A stretch of DNA of 64,000 bases, taken from positions 854,249 through 918,248 of the forward strand of contig NW_015169777.1 in assembly GCF_001447785.1 (NCBI RefSeq), written 5' to 3'. Positions 1 through 12,500 of the stretch are shown here, in pieces (positions within the stretch are counted from its first letter, which is position 1; each line of letters starts with the position of its first letter). The notes beneath the pieces were generated by a model. It worked only from the letters and a program-made list of their open reading frames with translations, was not told the DNA's origin and did not search any database. The DNA is from Gekko japonicus (Eukaryota). Made by a program: the position numbers and the translations under genes.

Positions 1-99
1 ATTTATGCACCAGTGAAGTAAACTACAGTTTAGGCCTCTACATTACTAAACTACAAAACCAAAAACAAACAAAAACCTTACAAGTGTTTTTTTGGGGGG

Positions 100-900
100 T
101 GTAACACCACGGGGCCTCTTAAATTTGACGCATGTTATGGCCTGCGTATTATCACCCAGCAACATTCACAACAAATGCAAATTAGAACCCGGGTGTCCCT
201 CGCCCTAATCCAACACTCCAACCACTGCGCTAGCCCTGCGCCACTCTGGCCTATTAAATTATTCAAAGTGTGACCCCCCCCCCCTTTAAATCTATACCTT
301 GCTATCAAGGAAGAGAGGTTTCGAACGGCCAAGTTCCGCCTCCTTCTGCTCTCTATGATAGACAGGTGATCTCCGGATGAGGAAGTGATGCGACCATAGA
401 GAGGAACAGCCAAGAGCGGTCTGATGGTGGCGGCGGCGGAGGCCCGCGGCTCGCTCAGGTAAAAAGGATCGAAGTGATGTCTACGGAAGATCCATTCTCT
501 CTCGCTCACCTCTCTCAGGTTTTCAGACACTCCGGGAGAAGAACCATCTGGCAGGAGGGAGCCCGGCTACCCTTTCCAGACCCACCCTAAGACCCTGCCC
601 TAGGGAGTGCACGGAGTGGGAGGGAGGGAGAGAGCTCGGCGGAGTCTTCCTGTTCAGAGCGCGCCTGTCGGGCTTGAGTGGCTGAGTCGTGAGCCCTGCG
701 GGGGTTCTCTGGAATCTGTCGGGTCTTCCTCACCCCTGCAGCTTGCAGTAAATCGAGCCTTTCTGCCTCTTCCAGTCAGTTTGAGTAACATTTTCTGATC
801 CCGCTCGGGTTTTGGCGAGTCTCCGGCTGGAGAGAGAATGACCGCGAAGGCCTGACGTGGCACATGGGGTTGGTGGGGGGATGTCGACTCGAGGACGGCC
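100..900 (+). promoter_or_regulatory. CpG-rich promoter and non-coding exon 1 of PRR14L (donor after 458)
   Basis: CpG-dense, ETS-like GGAAGT/CCGGAT motifs (373-388), GGCGGCGGCGG leader, donor CTCAG|GTAAAA at 458/459; about 2 kb upstream of the first coding exon. Confidence 0.7.
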
Positions 901-2505
901 TTTCCAGTTCATCTGAAAGATTGTGGAAGCTGGTACGTGGGACACAAGCTGTGCAGCTCCAGAGCTTTGAAACGAGCCCAGGGAACCCATGCAGCTGCTG
1001 AAGATTTGGTGTTTGGGGCTTGGGCAGTCATCTCTCCTCCCCTCCCCTTTTAGGGAATGTATCCTGAGATGGGAAGGAGAGAAGGCACATCAGGGGATGG
1101 TAGTTGACTGGTGAACTGTGTTTAATGTCCTCAAAGGAAGCATGGGTCAGTGGGGTTTTTGATAGCATATGTAAGATGTTCTGGTTGTGGTGAGAGCTGA
1201 AGGTGCAATATACCAGAATGTTTCTCTGTTAATGTCCCTGCTCCCTTCAGTGTTAAAGGGATTTTTGTGTTCATATCATGCCTTTGATGGAAAACATACC
1301 CCTTCCCATTGCTAGTCAAAAACTCTGTGCAATGGACAACTGCTGGTTTGCGGGAAAATATGGAAAAAATGAAGTTGGGGGCTAAAACAAACACACCCAC
1401 CCAACCCATAACAGTGATGTTTACATGTACACAGATGTCACATTTAAAGAATGCCACAGGTTGCCAAAATGGTGCCTAGCCACTGCTACAAAAAAAAAGT
1501 GATGAATGGGGGGTGCGAATGAGGGGAAGGAGAACTGGCAAGGGTGAATGGCCAGAAGGAGGAAAGACCAGTCAGTGATCAGAGTGGAGAAAGAAGCAGA
1601 GACAGTGTAGGTGGAGGGCAAAAGGGTGGGTAAGTGGAGTCAAAGTTAGAGGGGAGGAAGCAGGGGCCAGAGAGGGAGGTAGTGGGACTTTTCCTCCACC
1701 ACAAGTTCTTACAGCTCTCTCTCTTTTCTTAATAGTATTTACTGTCTTTGGATCCTGTTCCTTTTCTAAGGAGCTCAAGGTGATTGGGGGGCTTCCCATT
1801 TTATCCTCACAAGATCCCTGTGGAGTACATGAGGCTGACAGTGCACCCATGGCCATTAAGTGAGTTTCAAACCCAGGTTTTTGTAATCTAGGTTTGTTGC
1901 TACAGTGACTGTCCTGTTGTACCTGGCTGTCTCAACAGTGACCTGAATGGGGAGTGCCGTGCATGCTGGAGCTTGGTAGATCAGAAGTCTGATTATTTTA
2001 ATCCAAACCCTTCTGTCTTTCTCCTTCCCAATTCTCTGTTGCCACAAGAGAGATATCTGAGTTGGGCTAAGTGATCAAGAACTTGGGTAGGTCAGCAAGA
2101 AGGAAATAATAGGCAGGAGATGATGGAGAAGGCTTTTAGGAGTAAGTCTGGAGAGGAAAGGATAAGTAGTACTGAGCGTCATACTAGGATGACCTGTGAT
2201 CAACTCCCTCATCTATCTTAAAAGCTCTCTGAGTGACCTTAGGCTAGTTGCTCTTTCTCAGCTAGGAATATTGTTTGGATACAGTGGAGGGGGAAAAGTA
2301 ATATACACTGCTTTGAGCTTTTTGCAGGAAAGGCAGAGTAAAAATGTGATCAATTTACTAAAAGCTTTGACTGCCAGCAGCCTGCAATGCGAAAAATGGG
2401 AACATTCAAGGTGGTGTTTTCCTTGTCTTGTATGCTGCTTAATAATCAGATATTGACAGACCTTTTTTTCCAGGAGAATTCTAAAAGGTGGATCCAGCCA
2501 TCCTG

Positions 2506-2925
2506 ATGCTCTCTTCTGATGGTGATGTTCCAGAAAAAAACAAACATTTTGACAGTCTAAATTCCTCCATGTCTGCTGTGGTACAAGAACTGTATGCTGA
2601 ATTGCCGGTTGCCCTCACTGCTGAACGTATTGCTCTGTCTGATCCAAAGAGTGTACTAGATGCACAGCCTAAAGCATCAGCATTTGTGCTGTCGTGTGGT
2701 AGTGATTTGCCGTCTGAGCACCAAAGAAGTTATGGGTTGAAAATCTGTTCCCAGAACTCTGATGAAAGACTGGATTGTACAGGCAAGATATCTTGCCCTG
2801 AACTGATGGAACTAATTGCCGAAGAGCCTGCAGAAGCTGGTGATCTTGCAGAAGATGCTGAGGTACAACACAGGAGTTTACTGAAGGAAGATTCTCTTTG
2901 TAGAAAACTAAGAGAAAGTGCAGAG
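2506..2925 (+). CDS. PRR14L: PRR14L first coding exon (exon starts 2474; 3' boundary uncertain: 2862, 2925 or 2998)
   Basis: Acceptor tttttttccag at 2473; ATG 2506 gives MLSS...SSMSAVVQELYAELPV, matching the recalled PRR14L N-terminus. Confidence 0.85.
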
Positions 2926-3568
2926 GTGGCAACAGATATAAGGGATGTTGCTAAGGAAGGTCTTGTGCAGTGTTCTCTAACCCTGTTGTTCAAAATGAGT
3001 AAGAATCAGAGAAACAGGAAAATAGAGAGTCTTATGGGGATAAACTAAAATGAGAAGATCTTGGAGACTTAGGTTTGGTCTATCCGTACATTAGTATGGG
3101 TGGAGCTAATAAGGTAAAATGGATTGTACCATGTCAGACTACAGGTGAAGGATTACAGTTTTCAGAGTTTTCCTATATTAATAATTTGTCCTAAGGGAAA
3201 AACTAGGAACAGCACATGAAGGGCTAGATTAGAATCTTTCTCCTGATTTTTTTAAAAAAAATATTTTCTGGGAGTATTAAGTAATATGATCTTCCATCTG
3301 CTGCCTGTAGGGGTAAAATCCTTTCTACCACTTCCTTCTGGTACATATGTTGAGTAGGCTTCAATCCCAACTTTGTTCTAGTCCCAGATTTTCCCCCAGC
3401 ACTTAAAGAAAACCATGATAAAATTTAGTATCAGTGACTCATGGTAACAGGCAGAGTATTTATAAAACTGAGTTGTTCAAAATGTTGGAGGCTAGTATAA
3501 GGAAAAATAATTTCAGAATATATGATGGGATTGCCAATTTATTAAGAATCACTGGATGCTATAATTAA

Positions 3569-4076
3569 GGCCGCGGGCACACAGGCAGGAAAATGTGGGG
3601 GGGAAGCATGGCTGTTTGCCCCAGGGCAAAATAACGCGCGGTTGCGCCAGCAGACGTACCGTGGAGGTCCTGTGTTAGGGGGGAGGTGCTGAGCACACCA
3701 CAATCCTGCGCCGTGGCAAAGAAGCGGCGCGGCGCAGCAAACGGGTGTGGGTTTTTGGACACCAAAGTGTGCGCATGCCCCGTTGGGTGTTTGTGCGCAT
3801 TCCATGGACAGTTGGAAAAAAACCCCTTTATACGAGGGGGCATGGGCGGGCGCCGGAACTACCACCGGAAACGCAATCAGGCGCCCGCCCTTGCCCCGCG
3901 GGTTCCGGAAACTAGTACCTCCGAGGTACTAGTTTTTAACCGCGCATCTTCGGCAGGAAGCCTTGGGTTCGCCACGGGAGCTCTACGCTTCCCAGATGTG
4001 GCGGTGAGATCGCGCCCGGAAAATCCGCCTATCTTCCGTCCCTCTAGTGTACCTAATGCTCCGTGTGACCGCAGCC
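3569..4076 (-). mobile_element. GC-rich non-autonomous DNA transposon (Harbinger-like MITE, family A)
   Basis: TIRs GGCCGCGGGCACAC / GTGTGACCGCAGCC; reverse-complement homolog of 22219-22750. Confidence 0.8.
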
Positions 4077-5454
4077 ATAGTAAATTATAGCCTAATTCTG
4101 TCGCTTCATTAAAAAAATTAATAAAGGTTAATACAATACTAATAACAAAGTACAAAAAAGAGGGACCGAATGTGCATAAAATACATTACCAAACAAAATC
4201 ACGAACCACCCTGTCACGTGAATGTAGCGAATCCTATTCCAGCAGTTGTCAACATTACTATTAAATCTAGTGGAATTGCCAATTTATTAAAAATCACTGG
4301 TTGCTATAATTTAATATAGTAAGTGCATCCTGAGTGTGTTGTTTCATTAAATGCTGAAATTATCTTGATAGGTACTATGTTGAAGTATCACATTTACAGT
4401 GAGTAGAAAATACGCTATTATGGCCTATCTGTAAATGGAAGTGAATCCAATTGATAATGTGGGTTGAACAAATTGCTGTGTACAGCCAAATGGGTAAAAT
4501 AGGTAAGCTGAGGGCTGTTAAGATGACATCCATTAGGAGTGATTTGTTTGTTAAATAGGGCCTCTTGTTAAATACTGGGTATCTCAAAAGTATTCACACT
4601 ACCTATTGTGCTGTGGTGGGAATGAGTGTATATTCAAACTATAATAATTTTTTTAAAGACTTGTGGATTACTTTGGATTTCATATGAACATTAAGCAAGA
4701 ATTATGCAGGAGTTCTGTGATCTCCCAGTCCCTACCTTCCTTTGAACTGAAATGCAGCATGTATGGGGGGCAGAATTTAACCTACTCCCACTCTGGCACT
4801 TTATTTGTTGAAACAGAAAAGAAATTAGCTTCCCCCCCCCCCCCCCCCCCCCCCAAAAAAAAACCCCCTCCAATTTATTCAGAGCAGCTTGTATGTGTGT
4901 GCATGTCCTGATTTTAACTGGGACAACATGAATACATGGAAAAGGGTTCAACACAGCCCGCCTTACCCCACTCTTAGTAGAAAGAAATTGGCAGCCCCTT
5001 GTGGCTGCAACTCATTTAAAGCAAAGAGGCAAGTCATAGAATCAAACTGCAGATCTCCTGTGTAACATGGAACTTGGCCTTGATGTGTATGCTGGGAATG
5101 GGTAGTGATTTAGAATTTCATTATATTATGCCTGGTATACACGAAGTATTTATGTCAGGAACTAAAAATAAATGCAGCAGCCAGTACAAAAGCTACAGTG
5201 AAAACATCTGTGGTAATCTGCATTCTGGGTACCTCTTTCTTTGATGCAAGGATTCCCCTTTGTTTTACAAATTAATGGTTGCAAAGGAGTAACTTTTGTG
5301 TTTCAGAAATTACATAGCATGTTAATGTATTATTGCCTGGAGGCTGGATTTAAAACTAGGTGTATTTGGTACTTGGAAAGTTCTGATTATTTCTCCATCT
5401 GGAGTGGAGATGCTGCTGCATCTCTGATGCCGTGTGTTGTATGCTTTTTTTCAG

Positions 5455-5539
5455 GAGCAGTCTCAGCTAAACCAAAAGAACAGAGAATTTCTTTCAAGGT
5501 CTTTCTGTGCTGAAATAGCAGGCTTGCTGCAGAATCTAG
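5455..5539 (+). CDS. PRR14L: PRR14L exon 3 (85 nt, phase 0->1)
   Basis: ttttttcag|GAG...CTA G|gtatgt; open frame EQSQLNQKNREFLSRSFCAEIAGLLQNL; phase fits the next exon. Confidence 0.7.
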
Positions 5540-7040
5540 GTATGTGTGTATGGTCAGGCATTTTATCCAGGACAGGCCCCTTTACCCATGTTTACAGGCA
5601 TTAAAATGGGTTAGAGTTTGCTACCGTATATCCAAAGAGGCACTGAAAGACTGGGAAAAAATCCATACTCTTTACCAACTTCTAACTGCCCTGACTGCAT
5701 ATACACAAGTGTCTTTAAAAATGTTACAAGCTCATCCATCTGTATTAAGTGATACAGGGTACCTGCCCAAAGTCACTTGACTTAGATGATGCCTGTGCCA
5801 TTCCAGTTGTTAATGAGTGATGTTTCCTTTTAATTTTTCCCTCTTTTGCCTGGTTTCTGTGTTACTTGGTTTCTTGATTTAGAAACAAAACCCAGCTGCA
5901 TGTAGAGTGCATATATTTGTCCTATAAATTTACTGTTCTGAGAAGTCAATGAGTACAGTCACAAGACGCTAGTAGTCAGCAGGGTTTTTGTCTTGTTCAT
6001 CAATTCCCTAGTTCTCAATCTCATTAAAGGTTCATCTCTACTGCTGCCTTTTCACATGTCGTGTTTTTAATGTGCATTTCTCCTGTGCCATGTGTGCAGG
6101 TGGAACAGGTAAGTGTAGCCACTGAGCACTAGCCTTGCTATCACAACTAGCATTCATGTGAGGGGCTGGTTTTGACTGTCTTGTTATTCCCCAGATGCTT
6201 CTTTCTGCTTTTATCACCTGTATCATACACCATAATTTAATTCAGCAAATTAAATTTATTAACTTCAGATGAGAGATATTCTTGCTTTACCTACCTCACA
6301 AATGGTACCTGCCAGAACTCTAGAACCTGATCAGAGTTCTAGTATTAACAAAGAACACAATGCTGTGCTAGGGTTGTGGTAATTACCTGCACTGTCCTTG
6401 CAGCCATGTTGTTGAATTCTTCTTGATTGCCAAAATAACACCAGAATAAGATTTGGATAAATTTAGATGAAATAGTTGTTACCATTTATGAGATCTTTCT
6501 GTGGTGTTTTCTATACAGACCAATTAGGCTGGAGTAGGGTAGATTTAATTTTTTTTTTAATCTTCTATAGTTCTAGATTACATGTTCTCTGGTCACTTCA
6601 TTTCTCATTTTGACTGAGCATAGTATCCTGTTAATGCTGCTTCCAGGTTGCCTGCCCAGAGTACATTAAGCTGTAGGGTCATCATTCAGCTGTTTTTTAT
6701 GAGCATCTGTGGACAACTTTTGGAAAAGTCTTTGTGGCAAGAGAGCACCTCAGCACAAAACAGATGAGGTATATGACAAGGCTCTGGAAGAAAGTGCTGA
6801 ATGGTACAAACACTGTAGAATTCCAAGCACTGTCTGTTTTTCTAGGAATTTATAACTGAAGTTCAGGGAGTTGGATTCACAGGTTCCATTCCCCTGTGGA
6901 GCCTTCCTCCAGTAGGAGGCTCTTTGTGCTGGAGTAAGGTTCCACCATTAGTGGAATGGAACCTTTGAATCTTATGACTTTTTAAAAATATACCTGTTAA
7001 ATGGTAGAGGGCATCTGTATATTCTTAGGTCTGTTTAGCC

Positions 7041-8635
7041 CAGGAGTGTCAAAAATACAGCCCACGAGCTGGATCCAGACACTGCAAGGCTCGTATCTGG
7101 CCCACAAGTAACTGGTTCCCTCTTGCTTCCTCCTCTGGAGCTGCTGCTGCTGTTGCATCGCAGGTTGCTTTTGCCCAGCTCCCTCTGCTGCTTCCTGCTT
7201 CCTTCCAAGCCAAGCCTCCCTTCCCTTTCGTTGGCTGAGGATTCATCCTTTGGGGGGAAGGGAGGAGGAGGAGACAAAGTGGGAGAAAGAGCCCCACCCA
7301 GGAGAGAGCAAAATCTGAGTCCCATGGTTCCTTTAAGACCAGCAACATTTTATTTCATGTAGAAGCTTTCGTACACTTCTTTTTCAGAGGGAGGGAGGAT
7401 TCTTCTGACAATTTACATTGAAATCACTGTGCTCTGCTGTTATTGAGAACTGATCTCTCTCTTTTTTTCTCTCTCTCACAAACATGCATGTGTATGTATG
7501 TTAAAAGGAGGGGGTACCTTGGGATAAGGGGAAAGGAGAATTAAAAGGATATTCTTTTGACTTATTCTGAAAAGTTTTTTTTAAGATTAGATTTCTCTGG
7601 GATTTTATTTTTCAAAAAGACCCTGATTAGGATTTAGAATGCTTGGATTGGCTTCCATTGTTTAATAATCTAATTCCATTAGATTCCATTGTTTAATAAT
7701 GGAAGTAAATGGCTAAGTATTTAAAAATACATTTATGGTTCCATATGTTCCAGTTCACCATGTCTCCCATTCTCCCTCCCACCTCGCTGGCTGCCTTTCT
7801 TCACTCCCCCTTTGCTTTTTCAACTGTTTCATTATCATCACTAGCACTTGAGTGGATTTTGCCCAATCTGAAATCAACACATTATTTCACTTGGAGAGAT
7901 CCCCCTCTCCAATTTAAACAGATGAAGAAGGAAAAAGAAACCTAACAGTACAGCTTGCAAGCTTTATTAGTGGAAAGGAGCAAGAGTCCAGTAGCACCTA
8001 AAAAAATTTGTGGCAGCGCATGAACTTTCATGAGTCACTGCTCACTTCTTCAGCTACAGGTAGAATATGAGTCCATTGGTCCTTATATCTTGGAGAGTGG
8101 AGTGATTTCAGATGCCAAATGACAATAGCAGGCTTTCGTAATGAGACAGGAAACCTAGGTCTCAGTTCAGCCCTGGAGAATGCATTGAGCTTCATTATCA
8201 GTTACAATTCAGCAGTCTCTCTAATCTCACTTTGAAATTCCTTTGTAATTGAACTGCTACCCTTAGGTCAGCAATGTCCTGGAAGGTTAAATGTTCCCCC
8301 ACTGGTTTTTGAATGTTGTGGTTTCTAATGTCAGACTTATGTCCGTTTATTCTTTGCATCCTCCTGGACTGAATCCTCCTGAACTGAATTGAGACCTAGG
8401 TTTCCTGTCTTGTTATCAATGCTGGTATCTCCACTCCTACTACCCCTCTGCGTATCACACCTAATCCATCAAGCCTGCTGTTGTCATTCACCTGCTATTG
8501 CCATTTGGCATCTGAAATCAGCTTTATAAAGTTTATATATCTGATTCCTCATGTTTTATGGTACGCATGGCCCGGCCTGACAAAGTGACATTGATTTTAT
8601 ATCCAGCCCTTGTAACAAATGAGTTCAACACCTGG
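7041..8635 (+). mobile_element. Degenerate hAT-type non-autonomous element hosting a Penelope insertion
   Basis: Ends CAGGAGTGTCAAA and GAGTTCAACACCTG resemble CAGGGGTGTCAAAC-type TIRs. Confidence 0.5.
7968..8520 (-). mobile_element. Penelope-like retroelement 3' fragment with an inverted partial pseudo-LTR
   Basis: The - strand of about 8280-8357 reads QRINGHKSDIRNHNIQKPVGEH (GIY-YIG endonuclease C-terminus); 8100-8170 recurs inverted at 8381-8520. Confidence 0.8.
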
Positions 8636-8776
8636 TCTGGTCATTTTATCGTAGGCATGTGAGCACACCTATTTAATTATGGTGACAATTAATGTTGTTG
8701 CATTGACTTTATCAGAAGATCTGTACCACTTGGGGCTTCCTCCTGTGTCCTAAATACATGATTGTTTCAGTGTATT

Positions 8777-9128
8777 AGATCCTATGCACCAGCAGCAGAA
8801 GGTGCTGACAAAGGCAGATCTTTCCTGCCTTCCCCAGCAAGCCCCCATGTGTGCCAAAAAGATGGTTCTGAAGGTTAGGGAACTAATGTGAACTGAAAGG
8901 CATGTCCTGCCTCTTCTATCAACAGCACTTCCACTGGCACCAGAGATGCATGATTTTGCTCACTTCCCTCTCCACACTGCAGTTGTTGGTGTTGTATGCT
9001 TTTTGTCCACATGCCCCCCCACCCAATCATCACATTTTCAGCATTCATAGGGGACTACTGGGGGAAGTTAACAAACAAAAAAATCTGCTGTTACCAATAC
9101 CTTACACTGGCAGTGCATAGGATCCAAC
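8777..9128. mobile_element. Old MITE
   Basis: TIRs GATCCTATGCAC / GTGCATAGGATC. Confidence 0.55.
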
Positions 9129-9529
9129 CATAGCCAGAACAAAAATTGTTGGGTGGGGCAACAAGGGGGAAGCTAAGTGCAGTGGAGCTGACAGCGTGGG
9201 GAGAGCAGGTAGAGGATGAGTTGGGGGTGCGAGGGAGGGAGAGGTGGGCATGGGGGAGGTGGGGTGGGGGGTTGCTGGAACCCCCGGGATCGGCTTGCCC
9301 GTAGAGACCACAGTAGGTCTCTAGGGAGTCCCCCCAGGGGTCAACCTGATGAGAAGCCCCTGCACACCATCTCTTGTGCCCAGTTGTCATGGACTCTCTA
9401 CTCCCAGTACAAAACTTGGAAGAATCTGAAAGCTTAATTGAATGAGATGTACATGATAATTAAAAGGAACATTCACAGGAGTGTGAAATGCACCACAGTA
9501 ATTTTTTTCTTTCTCTTTCTTTTGTATAG

Positions 9530-12500
9530 AAGAAAGCCCAGCAAATATGCAGGTGACAACTGAAAGTCTGCCAGACTCCATGAAAGAAGCACAAGGTATG
9601 AAGGCTGATGGGACTAGGCTGTTTAGAGAGAGCAATACCAGAGTGAGTACAGGTGTTTCACCTGAGAGCAGTGAGTGCTCAAATGTAGACAATATCATGG
9701 CTCAGGTTGAGGTTTCAGAAACCAGCACCTTATTCTCTCACAAGCCTGTAAATGTTACGGACAATGCCACCTCTGAAGAACATCTGCAAAAAGAGAATGA
9801 ACATCAAGAGCTGATAGCCTGCACAGTCTTATCAGCAACTATAGGGGCCCGTGTCCTTTCTGGCTCAGAGGGTGTAGGAGAAACCTCCTTCAGTTATCAT
9901 AAAGCTGCTAATGCAACCCTTAACGACAATCTGCCTTTCCAGCCGGATGAAAAGAACTTTCTCAATAATGTATCTGTTCCAGTATCAGAAAGTTTGGTTG
10001 CTGTTGACGATCAGCTATCAGATATGAGTTTGGAAGCCTCCAGTCTTCACTTTAAAAGTTGTTTGGAATTTGGAAGTGTGCTTTGGGAAGAGAACATGAA
10101 GATCTCTGAAGTTATCTGTGAAATGCAGGAGGATTGCCATCTTGGCAAGGAGGACAGCTTGGAAAACAACACTAGTACTGAAACAATCGAACTTCTGGAA
10201 AAATGGGCTCCTAACATAAATATGAAGAAGACTGCCTCACCGGTCTGGAGCAGTGAAGACCTATCCAGTGATGATGAACAAGAAATGGGTATTCGTATGG
10301 ATCATTCCTATAGTAGTATTTGTAAGGAAAGTTCTGAATGTCAGGCATCTGAAGAACATTTAGAAAACAACATAAGACCAGTCCTTTCAGAAACTGACAG
10401 CCCACAAAAGGAGGCAAATCAGCTATGTGCCTTTATCAATGATGGATGTATGTCCACTAAGGTGGAAGAAAACAGCCCTTTTTGGGCGGAAGCTAGCAAC
10501 ATTGTCTGCGGGCAAGAAACTTCTGATGGCTTACAGAACAGTTCCATTGTAAGCGTTAATTCAGTTCCCACCTACCATGACTCTTTGGGTGATGACACTA
10601 AATTATGCCAAGAAGGTTTACCAAAAATAGAATCCAACAGTGATACAAGGAAAGGAAACTTGAATAGTGCTTCAGCTACACATCTGCACATTACCAATGC
10701 TACTTCCATAACAGGCACTGACCTGGTTATTGATGAAGAAAATAATGAAAGAAGTGAAGTCTCTGGCGAGCAGTCATTTACCCAGCAAGCTGATGGGACT
10801 TTAAGTAGCACTGAATTCCTAGATAGCCTGCCTGGAGAAGGATTCCCTTGGCTCTATGCAGAATTGCAGTCAGCAAGCACTGACTGCCTACTTCATCACA
10901 GAAGGAAGTTGCCTTCAGCAAATCGAAAGTGTGGTAGTTGCATCCTGACAAGTGTGCCATGTATGCTGAATGATGCAGAAAAAAGAGCAACTGATGTAGC
11001 AGCCACAACAAATACTACAGAAGTCGATGGACTGGAAATGAGCTGTGCTTCTGTGCCTAACAAGACAGCTGGCCTTCTTGAGGAATCTGATGTTAAGGGA
11101 TGTGACTCTCCTCCTAGTGAAAGTAGCTGGAGTCACTTGGATGGAACAGATGGCAGCTTAGATTCTGTTTGCTCCTTGAGTGTGTCAAGCACTGGTCTCT
11201 CTCAGGCTGACTTTTTAGAGTTCAGTGCAGAAGCTGAGAATCAGAGGGCTGATGGTGGTGGTGGTGGTGTAAATGCTGAAGAAATTCTGAATGTTGACAT
11301 TGGTGTTTTCCCTCCAGATACAAACCTAGAACAAGAACTGACTAAGGCTTCACTGGAGGTGAATGATAGAGTGGAAATGATGGAAAGCATAAAAGTGTAT
11401 GAAAATGGACTTGGAAACAGAAGGAATGCAAAATCAACAGGTGGCAGAAGTTTGGATAACATTGCCCATCCCCTGAAATTTCACAGCTTTGCAAAAGGAG
11501 AGAGCCAGGAAGACCTAAAGAAATACCAAGCTCACCGTTCCTCCTTTTCAGATGTTTCCAGTCTGAAGATGGACCTGATCTCTGACCACCCAGATTGCAC
11601 AAAGCAGCAGGACAATCCCATCCTGAATAAACATCCAGCTCAGCATTGGATGAGGGTTCAGGCCCCTGCATGTCAGGATTATCAAGTTAGTAGCCTAGAT
11701 TCTTTTAATCAGAAAAATGTAACACCCAAAAAAATCAGAGTTTTAGCATGCCAGCTAAAAAAGCAAATGGAAGATAATACAGTTCAGAGTGTGAATCATT
11801 CACTTGAAGAGACTCAAACGTCTGTCATCTGTAGTCAACATGAATCAGTATGTCCAAAGAGAAATCAAAATTTAACTCTACGAACTCATCCAGTGCTCTT
11901 AATAAAAAATGGTGTTCAAGAGACATTTCAGCCAAGCATGAGGGGTAATAGGTCATGCTATAAAAAAGCATCAGAGTTAATTAGTAATCCATCGAAAGAG
12001 GGGTTAATAGAATTAAATCACACTGAAATGTTTTTAGAATGTTTAGGACTTGCTTTTGAACGACTGAAGTCAAGTAGATTCATTCATAAACGGGGTCATC
12101 AGAGAACAAATGAATTCTGTTCTGTCCTGCGATCAGTCAGGAGGAGATCTTTGGAAATGCGAAATAAATGCTTCCTAAAGTTTAGAAGTAAGCCTAGATT
12201 ACTTCCTAATCACATTTCTTTTCTTCTGAACTCACTGACGTTTACAACAGCTGCTCGTCAGAGAACTATGGAGGGTGTGTGTTCAAAATTGTTCAAGGAC
12301 AGTTTTATATGTATATCTTTCGGAGAGCAGCCTACTCACAATCTAGCAGCCTGTTTGCCTGGAAGAGATGAACCATCTACTTCACTGTCTCTAAATGTCT
12401 TTGACTCTTCTGCAGCAGCAGCAGCATCATTGGAAAGAAAAGCCGATGATCACATCCGCCTAGTATTTTCAGAGGATGGCAAATCATGCTGTTCTGTCAA

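Noticed and set aside
1-400. DEPDC5 first exon on the - strand (head-to-head with PRR14L in human)
   Set aside because: No recognisable exon or coding sequence within the window.
7652-7705. Short TTCCATTGTTTAATAAT duplication with inverted bits
   Set aside because: Looks like a small repair scar inside an old repeat; no sign of function.
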